A DNA stretch of 64,000 nucleotides. It comes from an uncultured Pelagibacteraceae bacterium. GTDB taxonomy: Bacteria; Pseudomonadota; Alphaproteobacteria; Pelagibacterales; Pelagibacteraceae. A program made the translations under genes and the position numbers. A model generated the notes under the pieces. It worked only from the letters and a program-made list of their open reading frames with translations, searched no databases and was not told where the DNA came from. How positions within the stretch are numbered: position 1 is the first letter of the stretch; every line of letters begins with the position of its first letter. This document shows, piece by piece, positions 21,920 to 33,740 of this stretch. Where the stretch lies: the NCBI GenBank assembly GCA_902569465.1, contig CACFUE010000001.1, positions 800-64,799 of the forward strand, in the 5' to 3' direction.

Positions 21920-23133
21920 AATTTTACCTTTTCAAAAACTAAAGTAGCATTTGTTCCACCAAAACCGAAACTATTTGACATTACAGCGTTTAAGTTCACT
22001 TCTTTTTCTACTTTTGTAACAATTGGATATTTTTTTGCTTCCTCATCCATATTATTAATATTAACTGATGCGGCTATAAAATTATTTTTCATCATAATTA
22101 AACTATAAATTGCTTCGTGAACTGAGGTCGCTCCCAGAGAGTGTCCCGCAAGAGATTTTGTAGAACTGATTTTTGGTTTATAATCTTTGAAAACTTTTCC
22201 TACTGCATTTAATTCGGTTATATCACCTACGGGAGTTGAAGTACCATGAGTATTAATATAGTCAATCTTGTTTCTTGCAGAATTTAAAGCCATGTTCATG
22301 CATCTAACCGCGCCTTCGCCAGATGGTGCTACCATGTCATAACCATCAGATGTAGCACCATAGCCTGTCAACTCAGCATAAATTTTTGCTCCTCTTGCTT
22401 TTGCGTGTTCGTATTCTTCTAAAACTAGAACTCCACCGCCACCTGATATTACGAAACCATCTCGAGTTTTATCATAAGGTCTCGAAGCTTTTTCAGGCGT
22501 ATCATTATATTTAGAAGATAGAGCAGTCATAGCATCAAACATTGCTGTCATAGCAAAATGAACTTCGTCACTACCACCAGCAAAAATAATCTTTTGTTTA
22601 CCTAGCTGTATAAGTTCCATAGCATTTCCTATGCAGTGACCACTAGTTGCACATGCAGAGCTAATTGTGTAATTCACTCCTTTAATTTTAAAAGGTACAG
22701 CTAAGGTTGCAGAAGCAGTACTAGACATAGTTCTTGGTACAACAAAAGGACCCATTCGCTTTGGACTTTTTTCTCTTGTTTTGTCGGCTGCTAGTATTAC
22801 ATTTTCAATAGAAGGACCACCTGATCCCATTATCATGCCGGTCAAAACGTTACTTATATCTTTCTCCTCTAATCCTGAGTCTTTTACTGCTTCATTCATC
22901 GATACATAATTATATGCAGAACCAGGCCCCATAAATCTGATAAACTTTCTATCAACATGATCTTCAAGTTTAATATTTGGTTTTCCATGAACATGACTTT
23001 TGAGATTATATTCTTTATATTCCTCAGCAAAGGTTATACCTGACTTTGAACTGATTAAAGACTTATAAACTTCTTCTTGATTATTTCCTAAACAAGATAC
23101 AATTCCAATTCCAGTAATTACAACTCTTTTCAT
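21916..23133 (-). CDS. fabB: Beta-ketoacyl-ACP synthase I
   Basis: SSACAT, HGTST, GHSLG (C-H-H triad), NSFGFGG; in fabA-fabB-fabI order. Confidence 0.96.
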   Translation of the reverse strand: MKRVVITGIGIVSCLGNNQEEVYKSLISSKSGITFAEEYKEYNLKSHVHGKPNIKLEDHVDRKFIRFMGPGSAYNYVSMNEAVKDSGLEEKDISNVLTGMIMGSGGPSIENVILAADKTREKSPKRMGPFVVPRTMSSTASATLAVPFKIKGVNYTISSACATSGHCIGNAMELIQLGKQKIIFAGGSDEVHFAMTAMFDAMTALSSKYNDTPEKASRPYDKTRDGFVISGGGGVLVLEEYEHAKARGAKIYAELTGYGATSDGYDMVAPSGEGAVRCMNMALNSARNKIDYINTHGTSTPVGDITELNAVGKVFKDYKPKISSTKSLAGHSLGATSVHEAIYSLIMMKNNFIAASVNINNMDEEAKKYPIVTKVEKEVNLNAVMSNSFGFGGTNATLVFEKVKL

Positions 23134-23633
23134 GATTTAAATAAACCTACTTTTAAATTTTCAGCTCTATAAATTATTTTACCATCTGCACTCAATATTC
23201 CATTCGCTAATCCAACAGCAGTTCCCTCTTTTTTTAAAATTCTCTTCATATTAATTTCATATGTAGCCATCTTGATATTTTTTAAGACTTCTCCAGTGAA
23301 TTTTACAGAATTTACTCCTAAAGCTCTACCTTTTCCTGGTTCTCCAATCCATCCAAGAAAAAACCCAACTAACTGCCACATAGCATCCAGACCCAAGCAA
23401 CCTGGCATTACGGGATCTTTTTGAAAGTGACAATCAAAAAACCATAAGTTATCTTTAATATCAAGTTCAGCTTTAATAAACCCTTTTTTAAATTCCCCAG
23501 CATCTTTCTTAATCTCTGTAATCCTATCAAACATTAACATTGGGGGTAATGGTAGTTTAGCATTACCCTCACCAAATAATTTTCCCTCTCCACACGAAAT
23601 TAAGTCATCATAGTTATAATTGTTTTTTTGCAT
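23130..23633 (-). CDS. fabA: 3-hydroxydecanoyl-ACP dehydratase/isomerase
   Basis: [28 protein letters not shown]. Confidence 0.97.
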   Translation of the reverse strand: MQKNNYNYDDLISCGEGKLFGEGNAKLPLPPMLMFDRITEIKKDAGEFKKGFIKAELDIKDNLWFFDCHFQKDPVMPGCLGLDAMWQLVGFFLGWIGEPGKGRALGVNSVKFTGEVLKNIKMATYEINMKRILKKEGTAVGLANGILSADGKIIYRAENLKVGLFKS

Positions 23634-23684
23634 GATTTAGAAACAGTTTTACTTGATTTAGCTAAAGTTTCATATATATTTGTG

Positions 23685-23701
23685 TTTAGAATGGTTATAA
23701 A
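23685..23701. promoter_or_regulatory. Iron control element (ICE, Irr site) between divergent fabA and irr
   Basis: TTTAGAA-TGG-TTATAAA; one mismatch to the ICE consensus TTTAGAA-N3-TTCTAAA. Confidence 0.8.
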
Positions 23702-23724
23702 CTAGAGAATTACATTAAAAAAAC

Positions 23725-24132
23725 GTGAAAAAAATAGACATTTTAAAAAAATTAAGATCCTCCGGCTTAAGACCGACTAAACAAAGAGTAGAAATTGCTA
23801 GATTTTTATTTGAAAGAGAAAAAACATTTCATTTTACAGTTGAGAGTTTAAATAAATTTTTTGAAAAAAAGACGACTTCGAAAATTGCTTTAGCAACAAT
23901 TTATAACACTGTGCACGCTTTTAAAAATGCAGGACACTTAAGTGAGGTTGAAGTAAGAGGTAAAAAAACCTACTTTGATACAAACGTTTCAAATCATCAT
24001 CATTTTTATGATAGTGATACTTCTGAATTAATCGATATAGATGCAAATGATGTAATTATTCAAAAAATTCCTAAAGCACCAAATGGAAAAAAAATTAAAA
24101 ACATAGAGGTATTTATAAATTTGAAAAATTGA
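23725..24132 (+). CDS. irr: Iron response regulator Irr
   Basis: GLRPTKQR, LATIYNT, YFDTN and the HHH motif; divergent from fabA as is usual for irr; GTG start. Confidence 0.92.
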   Translation: MKKIDILKKLRSSGLRPTKQRVEIARFLFEREKTFHFTVESLNKFFEKKTTSKIALATIYNTVHAFKNAGHLSEVEVRGKKTYFDTNVSNHHHFYDSDTSELIDIDANDVIIQKIPKAPNGKKIKNIEVFINLKN

Positions 24133-24143
24133 CAGTTTGTCAC
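24129..24143. promoter_or_regulatory. Putative RegA/RegR-type inverted repeat upstream of katG
   Basis: TTGAC-AGTTT-GTCAC (GAC-N5-GTC core); similar to the element before regA. Confidence 0.4.
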
Positions 24144-24153
24144 TTGTTTTCAC

Positions 24154-26353
<2,200 letters not shown>

Positions 26354-26354
26354 C

Positions 26355-26984
26355 ATGGAAATAGTTAAACCAACAGAAAATCTAGAACCGCTTAATCAAA
26401 ATATTAAAGATAGTTTTTATAAAGTTCCAAATTTAAAATTTGATATTGAAAAAATGAGGGCTGATTTAAATGAAGTTCTTAAAAAAAAGAAATTTAATAC
26501 TTTGGGAATTAAAAATTTTGGAGCAATTTCTTTAAATCAAATTCCAGGCGATAAGTCTTCTACAGAAGGACATAATGTTAGAGGTACTTATTGGACAATT
26601 CCTGATGAAAAGGGAAAAGAAATTGAAAGAGATAAACCAATTGATGAGTCGAAATACACTGAGATTGTACCAGAATTTAAAGGAACTTATTTTGAAGAAG
26701 TTTATAACACTTTAAGAAAACACTTTAAGCTTGGAAGAGTGAGAATTTTATTAAAAGAACCTAGATCTACTCTAAGCTGGCACAGAGATCCAGAGCCACG
26801 ACTGCATATACCAATAATTACAAATAAAGGTTGTAGAATGGTCATCGAAGAAGTGTGCAGGCATATGCCAGCAGATGGATCAGTTACAATTACGAATAAT
26901 ACTAAATATCATAACTTTTTTAATGGAGGGGAGCAAAATAGAATTCATCTAGTCGCTTGTGTTCTTGAGAATCCATTTAATTAA
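26355..26984 (+). CDS. Fe(II)/2-oxoglutarate dioxygenase, Asp/Asn beta-hydroxylase-like; substrate unknown
   Basis: WHRD...RLHIPIITN...YHNFFNGGEQNRIHLV gives the HxD...H triad plus a 2OG-binding Arg. Confidence 0.8.
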   Translation: MEIVKPTENLEPLNQNIKDSFYKVPNLKFDIEKMRADLNEVLKKKKFNTLGIKNFGAISLNQIPGDKSSTEGHNVRGTYWTIPDEKGKEIERDKPIDESKYTEIVPEFKGTYFEEVYNTLRKHFKLGRVRILLKEPRSTLSWHRDPEPRLHIPIITNKGCRMVIEEVCRHMPADGSVTITNNTKYHNFFNGGEQNRIHLVACVLENPFN

Positions 26985-27226
26985 TGACTGAATTTACTCA
27001 CGGAATATTAACCGCATCAAAGAGCATATATACAAATAATAAAGGCTCAATCTTACGAACAATAATTTATACAATCGGCCATTTTGCTATTGCTATTACA
27101 GTTTTAATGTTAGTAGCTAATGTTTCTTTTATGATAGCTCTTACTGATGCAATTGTAGAACCTTTAGCTAATGCAGTTTGGTATTTTGTATTGGATAAAA
27201 TTTGGTCATCCAAATATAAAAAATAA
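26984..27226 (+). CDS. Small membrane protein, DUF2061-like
   Basis: RTIIYTIGHF...VEPLANAVWYFVLDKIW, two hydrophobic segments; TAATG coupling to the upstream gene. Confidence 0.7.
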   Translation: MTEFTHGILTASKSIYTNNKGSILRTIIYTIGHFAIAITVLMLVANVSFMIALTDAIVEPLANAVWYFVLDKIWSSKYKK

Positions 27227-27228
27227 AT

Positions 27229-27684
27229 CTATAATAAGCCCCACAAACTATCTTTTTTGATCCATCCATTAAAATTTTCGACTTTTACCTTACACCAATT
27301 TTCTTTACATTTTTTAATTTTACAAAGTCTTCCTTTTTTAAGTACAGCGCGTGGCTTAGAATAAATTGATGGTTTATTAAAAATTAGTTGGTCGTCATCT
27401 ACAGTAATTGCAGCTTTTTTTTTGGATAATTGAGATATGTGGATCCAACCAGTGTTGTTTTCATGATCTCTAATTTTTCTAAAATTTTCAAATTTATCTT
27501 GAACGAGTACCGGTAAAAATCTTTTTTTATAAAATAATTTAATTGGATGCTCAAATGATGGACCTTGTCTTAGATTAACTTTATCGTTTCTTAAAGTCAA
27601 AAAATATTCATCACTAGATAAATTATTAAAGAAAAAGAAACATAAAAAAAAATAAAAAATTATCTTGAGCATTGATTTTGACAA
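27229..27684 (-). CDS. Exported tandem bacterial SH3-domain protein
   Basis: Signal peptide; VNLRQGP, GWIHISQL, WCKV...GWI. Confidence 0.85.
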   Translation of the reverse strand: MSKSMLKIIFYFFLCFFFFNNLSSDEYFLTLRNDKVNLRQGPSFEHPIKLFYKKRFLPVLVQDKFENFRKIRDHENNTGWIHISQLSKKKAAITVDDDQLIFNKPSIYSKPRAVLKKGRLCKIKKCKENWCKVKVENFNGWIKKDSLWGLL

Positions 27685-28409
27685 TTAGAGTTACTAGTTA
27701 ACTTGATTTTTCTAAAATTAGTTTTTATAGAATCGAATATTATCATTTGATCACTTAGACTGTTTTTAAAATTAAGAATTGTTTTTAAGACTTCATTTGC
27801 CTGAAGGGATCCTAGAACTCCACCCACAGGAGAAAAAATACCTTCTACTTCACAGTTGTTTTCATTTGTTGGAATTTCTGGCATAAAGCATCTATAGCAC
27901 GATCCCTTTTTTTTAAAATTAAATTTGTATAAATGACCATCAAATTTACTTATTGCTGCAGATATAAGTATTTTTTTATTTTTTTTACAATGGTCGTTAA
28001 TTAGATACCGTGTCTTATAATTATCTGTGCCATCGCAAATTATATCAAAAATTTTTAGAATTGATTGAATATTTTTGGAACTTATTTTTTTATTATAAGT
28101 TTTAATTTTGATTTTTTTATTTATTTTATTGATTTTGTTTTTTGCTACATTTACTTTATATTTTCCTACATCTCTACTATCAAATAGAGTTTGCCTGTTG
28201 AGATTACTTAATTCCACTTTATCATAATCGACTATACCTATTGTTCCCACACCCGCAGCTGCAAGATAAGTTAAAAGCGGACAACCTAAACCACCTATTC
28301 CAATAATAAGGACTTTAGATTTAATAATTTTTTTTTGTCCACTAATTCCTACTTTTTTCAAAATTATTTGTTTTTCGTATCTATGAAAATTATTTAAATC
28401 AAGTTTCAT
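27660..28409 (-). CDS. MoeB/ThiF-family adenylyltransferase
   Basis: GIGGLG, SNLNRQ, DGTDN, CYRC and C-terminal CxxxC. Confidence 0.92.
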   Translation of the reverse strand: MKLDLNNFHRYEKQIILKKVGISGQKKIIKSKVLIIGIGGLGCPLLTYLAAAGVGTIGIVDYDKVELSNLNRQTLFDSRDVGKYKVNVAKNKINKINKKIKIKTYNKKISSKNIQSILKIFDIICDGTDNYKTRYLINDHCKKNKKILISAAISKFDGHLYKFNFKKKGSCYRCFMPEIPTNENNCEVEGIFSPVGGVLGSLQANEVLKTILNFKNSLSDQMIIFDSIKTNFRKIKLTSNSNCQNQCSR

Positions 28410-28412
28410 GGA

Positions 28413-28853
28413 TTATTTTGATCCAGTCGATCCAAATCCAGCAGAACCTCTATGGGTCTCATCTAAATTATCAACTTCCTTTAAATTAGCTTTTACAATA
28501 GGACAAAAAACCATTTGTGCTATTCTCGCACCTTTCTCTACAACAAAATTTTTATTACTTAAATTTATCAAAATAACTTTAATTTCACCTCTATAATCAG
28601 CATCTATCGTTCCAGGAGTATTAAGAACTGAAATTTGATTTTTTGCTGCCAAACCCGACCTAGGTCTAATTTGTACTTCAAAATTTTTAGGTATAGAAAG
28701 TAAAATTCCTGTTGGTATCACACAAGTTTTACCTGGTTTAATGATAATGGAGTTTTCTATATGTGCAGATAAATCCATACCAGAAGATCCATCAGTCTCA
28801 TATTTTGGTAATGAAATATTTTTCGATAATCTTTTAATTAAAATTTTTATCAT
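28413..28853 (-). CDS. dut: dUTPase
   Basis: RPRSGLA, GTIDADYRGE, RGSAGFGSTG. Confidence 0.98.
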   Translation of the reverse strand: MIKILIKRLSKNISLPKYETDGSSGMDLSAHIENSIIIKPGKTCVIPTGILLSIPKNFEVQIRPRSGLAAKNQISVLNTPGTIDADYRGEIKVILINLSNKNFVVEKGARIAQMVFCPIVKANLKEVDNLDETHRGSAGFGSTGSK

Positions 28854-30063
28854 TAATTAAAAACTTATCTAAAATAATTTCTACTATTTTGTGAGCAATT
28901 AAACTTTTCTTATTTTTTTTAATTAATTTTATATTTCCATTATTATCAATTAGAGATACAGCGTTAAAGTTTGAGTTAAAACCTATATCTTTTCTTGAAA
29001 CATCATTGGCAATAATTAAATCACAATTTTTTTTCCTCATTTTTAAAATTGAATTTCTATTCAGATTTTGTGTTTCTGCAGAAAAACCAACAACTAGTTT
29101 TGGCCTATTCTTATTATTCTTACCAAGATATTCAACAATGTCTCTGTTTTTTTCAATTATTATTGAATTCGATTTAATTTGATCCTTTTTTAATTTATTT
29201 TTACTTTTTCTTAGTGGTTTAAAATCAGAAACAGCAGCTGTGCAAATAGCTAAATCTACAGGTAAAGATTTTTTTACTTCTTGTAACATTTCATCACCAG
29301 ATACGATTTTTTTTACATGAAGTTTTTTTTGATAATTTATATTAGAAGGACCTGTAATTAGTTTAGTTTTAACTCCAAATTTATCTAAAGCTAAAGCAAT
29401 TTCATATCCTTGTTTTCCACTTGACTCATTTGAGATATATCTTACAGGATCGATATATTCTCTAGTTGGTCCTGCCGTTACAATAGCTTTTATTTTTTTA
29501 TTTTTAAATACATCTCTTTTGTTAAAATAATTTTCGACATACTTAAATATTTGTCTAGGGCTTGACATTTTACCCTCGCCGTATTCTCCACAAGCCATTT
29601 CACCCTCTTCAGGCCCTATAAACAAATAACCATAATCTTTTAAAATTTGTACATTTGTTTGTGTAGCTCTATGTATCCACATTCTTACATTCATAGCAGG
29701 AACCAATAAAATATCTTTATCAGAAGCCAAAATAACTGTTGTAGCTAGATCTTCAGCCTTCCCTAAACTTAATTTTGTTAAAAAATTGGCTGTTGTGGGT
29801 AAAACAATTATTATATCTGCCCATCTTGATAAAGAAATATGATCTATTTCCGCCTCCATGTCTTTATCAAAAATATTCTCGAAGGTTTTATTTTTGGTAA
29901 GAGTTGTAACTGATAATGGTGTTACAAATTCTTTCCCGCTTTTTGTAAGAATAGCTTTTACATCATTACTATTTTTTTTTAACAATCTTATTAAATCTAA
30001 AGATTTGTAAGCAGCTATTCCGCCACCTATAACTAAGAGAATTTTTTTATTTTTTAAAGACAT
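28834..30063 (-). CDS. coaBC: Bifunctional PPC decarboxylase/synthetase
   Basis: GGIAAYK, PAMN, MACGEYG, TAGPTRE, SSGKQG. Confidence 0.97.
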   Translation of the reverse strand: MSLKNKKILLVIGGGIAAYKSLDLIRLLKKNSNDVKAILTKSGKEFVTPLSVTTLTKNKTFENIFDKDMEAEIDHISLSRWADIIIVLPTTANFLTKLSLGKAEDLATTVILASDKDILLVPAMNVRMWIHRATQTNVQILKDYGYLFIGPEEGEMACGEYGEGKMSSPRQIFKYVENYFNKRDVFKNKKIKAIVTAGPTREYIDPVRYISNESSGKQGYEIALALDKFGVKTKLITGPSNINYQKKLHVKKIVSGDEMLQEVKKSLPVDLAICTAAVSDFKPLRKSKNKLKKDQIKSNSIIIEKNRDIVEYLGKNNKNRPKLVVGFSAETQNLNRNSILKMRKKNCDLIIANDVSRKDIGFNSNFNAVSLIDNNGNIKLIKKNKKSLIAHKIVEIILDKFLINDKNFN

Positions 30064-30069
30064 AAGACA

Positions 30070-31635
30070 TTAAAATACTAATAAAAACACAATTACAATA
30101 CCAAAAAATCCAATAAGTATATTATTTTTGAAGTTTTTTAGTTTCATCTGCTCCACTTCTAAATTTTTACTGTTAGCAGTTAATATATTTAATTTACCTT
30201 CTGACATTAATTTTAATGCGTAATCTGCTCTGTCCATTAATTGAGGTAAATCTGGTATTCTTTTTAGAATTTCGGATGATGTATTAAATGCCGTGTCAAT
30301 TGTTGACTTAGGACTTTTTATACTCTTTAGCCAATTCTCAAGAACAGGCCTTGATACCTCCCATATATTTGTTTCTGGATTAAGTTTTCTTGCTACACCT
30401 TCAACAACTACCATTGTTTTTTGTAGCAATAATAATGGAGGTTGAGTAGCCATATTGAATTTTTCAGTTATTTCAAACAATTGAGCTAATAAATTACCTC
30501 CAGATATATCTTTTATAGATTGCCCAAAAATCGGTTCACCCACTGACCTTAGTGCTTGAGCAAATTCTTCTTTAGAAGTTTCTTTTGGTACTAAACCTGC
30601 CTGAAAATGTACTTCAGCAACTTTTATATAATCTCTCTGAATAAATCCGTAAAGTATCTCAGCTAAAAATTTTCTATTATTCTTATCTAGTCTGCCCATA
30701 ATTCCAAAATCTACTGGTATTATGTTTCCATCTTTATCTACAAATAAATTTCCTTGATGCATGTCTCCATGGAAAAAACCATCTCTTACGGCTTGTTTTA
30801 AAAAGTGCTGTATAAGATTTTTTGCAAGTTTGTTTAAATCAACACCAAGTTCTCTAAGTTTTTTATGTTCTCTAATAGAAACACCTTCAACTCTATCTAA
30901 TGTTAAGATTTTTTTAGTTGTATAATTCCAATAAATTTGCGGGACATTGAATCCAAAATCATTTTTTGTATTTTCGTAGAGTTCATTTGCAGCAGCGGCT
31001 TCAAATCTTAAATCCATTTCTATATTAGTTATTTCTCTTAGAAGGTGAACAACTTCAATTAATTTCAATCTTTTTGCTTTAGAAAAAGTATTTTCTACTA
31101 TGTATGCAAATAACATAAGTGCATCTAATTCTTCATTAAATAATTTTTCTATTTCTGGTCTTAGAATTTTAATTGCTACCTGTTGATCTTTGCCTTCAAT
31201 TTTTATTTTTGCAAAATGCACTTGTGCGATAGACGCAGCAGCTACTGGTTCACTTATTTCAGATATTTTTTCAAAGTAAATTTCTCCAATTTCTTTTTTA
31301 ATTATCTTTTTCGCATCATATAGATCAAAGGCTGGTACTTTATCCTGAAGTTTTTCTAAATTTTTCGTCAATTTTTCACCAATTATATCGGGTCTTGTAG
31401 CAAGAAACTGACCTAATTTTATAAAAGTAGTTCCCATACCTTGCAAGGCTTCACAAAGTTTTTCTCCAGGTTCTTTATTTAAATTTTTCTGGTCGGCATT
31501 TGAACCGACTGAAATAATTTTAAAAAACAAATTTAGACTTTTTGGTAAACTATGTATTTCATCTATAATCTCGACTGCTCCAGAAGTTGATAATTTTCTA
31601 GCTATTTGAAATAATTTAAAAACTCTTTTAAACAT
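30070..31635 (-). CDS. ubiB: Ubiquinone biosynthesis kinase-like protein UbiB
   Basis: IKLGQ, AAASIAQVH, HGDMHQGN, DFG. Confidence 0.97.
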   Translation of the reverse strand: MFKRVFKLFQIARKLSTSGAVEIIDEIHSLPKSLNLFFKIISVGSNADQKNLNKEPGEKLCEALQGMGTTFIKLGQFLATRPDIIGEKLTKNLEKLQDKVPAFDLYDAKKIIKKEIGEIYFEKISEISEPVAAASIAQVHFAKIKIEGKDQQVAIKILRPEIEKLFNEELDALMLFAYIVENTFSKAKRLKLIEVVHLLREITNIEMDLRFEAAAANELYENTKNDFGFNVPQIYWNYTTKKILTLDRVEGVSIREHKKLRELGVDLNKLAKNLIQHFLKQAVRDGFFHGDMHQGNLFVDKDGNIIPVDFGIMGRLDKNNRKFLAEILYGFIQRDYIKVAEVHFQAGLVPKETSKEEFAQALRSVGEPIFGQSIKDISGGNLLAQLFEITEKFNMATQPPLLLLQKTMVVVEGVARKLNPETNIWEVSRPVLENWLKSIKSPKSTIDTAFNTSSEILKRIPDLPQLMDRADYALKLMSEGKLNILTANSKNLEVEQMKLKNFKNNILIGFFGIVIVFLLVF

Positions 31636-32340
31636 TTAAATTTTCCAACCCGAGTGAATAGCTGATATTCCACTAGAAACATTTCTATATTCTACGTTTG
31701 CAAAACCATTTTTGCTTATCAAAGTTGAAAGCTCTTCCTGATTATAAAAACTTTGAATACTTTCTGTTAAATATTTGTAAGGCTGATCTGTTCCTACAAT
31801 TAATTTTCCTAAATAAGGAATTGTTTTTGAGTATTTTTGATAAACAAAATTTAAGATTTCATTATTAATTTTTGAAAATTCTAAACACATAAACCGCCCG
31901 CCAGGTTTTAAAACTCTATAAGCTTCCTTTAAAGCTAAATTTACGTTTGTGACATTTCTTATCCCATAGCTTATAGAATAATAATCATAATAGTTATCTT
32001 TATCAGGAATTTTCTCAGCCTTAGCTTTTATCCATTTAATAGAATTAAATTTTTTTAATTTTAGCTTTCCTTCATTTAACATTTCAAGATTTGGTTCCAC
32101 ACAAGTTACGTCTCCTAGTTCATTTATTTTTTTTAAAAACAAATTTGCTATATCGCCAGTACCAGAAGCAACATCTATTAGTTTTGTATTAGGTTGTGGA
32201 TTCATCCAATCAATAAATTTTTCCTTCCACAATCTGTGAATACCTAATGACATGATATCATTCATTAAATCATATTTTTTATTAACTTTAGAAAATACAG
32301 AATTGACTAATTTATCTTTATCTTGAATAGTACTTTTCAT
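31636..32340 (-). CDS. ubiE: Ubiquinone/menaquinone C-methyltransferase
   Basis: YDLMNDIMSLGIHRLWK, DVASGTGD, RVLKPGG. Confidence 0.96.
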   Translation of the reverse strand: MKSTIQDKDKLVNSVFSKVNKKYDLMNDIMSLGIHRLWKEKFIDWMNPQPNTKLIDVASGTGDIANLFLKKINELGDVTCVEPNLEMLNEGKLKLKKFNSIKWIKAKAEKIPDKDNYYDYYSISYGIRNVTNVNLALKEAYRVLKPGGRFMCLEFSKINNEILNFVYQKYSKTIPYLGKLIVGTDQPYKYLTESIQSFYNQEELSTLISKNGFANVEYRNVSSGISAIHSGWKI

Positions 32341-32351
32341 AAAATAATTAT

Positions 32352-33221
32352 ATGCCAGAATTACCAGAAGTTGAAGTTGTTAAACAGTCCCTAGAGAAAA
32401 AAATATTAAATTTAATAATTAAAAAAGTGAAGTTCAATGATATCAATTTAAGATATAGGCTAAATAAAGGTGGATTCTCTAAAATAATTGGAAAAAAATT
32501 CAAAAAAATAAAGAGAAGGTCAAAATTTTTAATTTTTGAGATAGAAAGAAATATTTATATGCTTGTTCATCTTGGAATGACTGGAAAATTTTTTTTTATC
32601 GACAAAAAAAATATTAAATATAAAACTAGTTTCTATTACACGATTAACCAAAAAAAAGATCAAAAACACGATAGAGTCATTTTTCTTTTTAAAAACAATC
32701 AAAAATTAATTTATAATGATGTAAGGAAGTTTGGCTTTATAAAATTATATAATCGAAGCGAATTTGAAAAAAATTTTCATTTAAAAAAACTAGGCCCAGA
32801 ACCTTTAGAAAGGGATTTCAATTTTAGATATTTGAAGGAATATTTTTTTAAACGCAATAGAAGCATAAAAAATATTTTGATGGATCAAAATTGTATTGCG
32901 GGCTTGGGTAATATTTACGTAAATGAGATACTTTTTTTAAGTAAAATTAAACCTTCTAGAAAAGTTGTTTCTCTCAACGATATTGAAATAGAGAAAATAA
33001 TAAAAAATACAAAGCGAATTCTAAACAAATCTATAAAATCTGGCGGATCCTCTATTAAAGACTTCTCTAGCGATAATGGAAAAAAAGGCTTATTTCAGCA
33101 ACATTTTAAGGTCTATGGGAGAAAAGGAAAAAAATGTTCTAACGTAGATTGCAACAATAATATAACAAAGAGTTCAATTTCAAATCGAGCTACTTATTAC
33201 TGTAATCAATGTCAAAAATAA
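32352..33221 (+). CDS. mutM: Formamidopyrimidine-DNA glycosylase
   Basis: MPELPEVE, HLGMTG, GLGNIY, C-terminal zinc finger. Confidence 0.98.
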   Translation: MPELPEVEVVKQSLEKKILNLIIKKVKFNDINLRYRLNKGGFSKIIGKKFKKIKRRSKFLIFEIERNIYMLVHLGMTGKFFFIDKKNIKYKTSFYYTINQKKDQKHDRVIFLFKNNQKLIYNDVRKFGFIKLYNRSEFEKNFHLKKLGPEPLERDFNFRYLKEYFFKRNRSIKNILMDQNCIAGLGNIYVNEILFLSKIKPSRKVVSLNDIEIEKIIKNTKRILNKSIKSGGSSIKDFSSDNGKKGLFQQHFKVYGRKGKKCSNVDCNNNITKSSISNRATYYCNQCQK

Positions 33222-33226
33222 TAAAG

Positions 33227-33255
33227 TTGACCGTGTTATTACCTGCATATATACA
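33227..33255 (+). promoter_or_regulatory. Putative sigma70 promoter of rpsT, implying a very short leader
   Basis: TTGACC-N17-TATACA, ending 9 nt before the ATG. Confidence 0.45.
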
Positions 33256-33264
33256 ATCTTAAAA

Positions 33265-33519
33265 ATGCCAAATACAAAATCTGCTATTAGGAGAGTAAGA
33301 AGAGTAAAAAAACAAACTCGAGTGAATCGAATAAGGAAAAGTAAGTATAAGAACGCTATCAAGCACATGGAGCAGCTTCTTAAATCTAAAGAAAAAGAAA
33401 AAGCAAAAAAATATTATAGTAAGTTTCAGTCAATTCTAATGCAGGTTGCTAAATCTGGGATAATAAATAAAAAAACTGCTGCTAGAAAAATTTCTAGGAT
33501 CTCAAAAAAAATCAAATAA
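33265..33519 (+). CDS. rpsT: 30S ribosomal protein S20
   Basis: MPNTKSAIRR, TAARKISR; mutM-rpsT-dnaA synteny. Confidence 0.96.
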   Translation: MPNTKSAIRRVRRVKKQTRVNRIRKSKYKNAIKHMEQLLKSKEKEKAKKYYSKFQSILMQVAKSGIINKKTAARKISRISKKIK

Positions 33520-33740
33520 ATTTAACAATCTTAAGTTGATAGAATAAAATTATTTTTTCAATATTTAGTATAGAATCAAAATAAAATCAAAATGTAGTTT
33601 CAGTTCAAAGTTGTAATTTTTTATTTCTATCTGAACGATAACACTACAACCTGAGTCGATTTTTTTTTTATTTTAATAAAATATTTCTTGCAAAAAATTT
33701 TAAAAGAGAGTTTAAAGAAAACTCTACTAAAATTACCCAA

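Noticed and set aside
23636-23652. Extra ICE sites (TTTAGAA half-sites at 23636, near 36263 and near 45105)
   Set aside because: The second half-site matches poorly; such hits are expected in AT-rich DNA.
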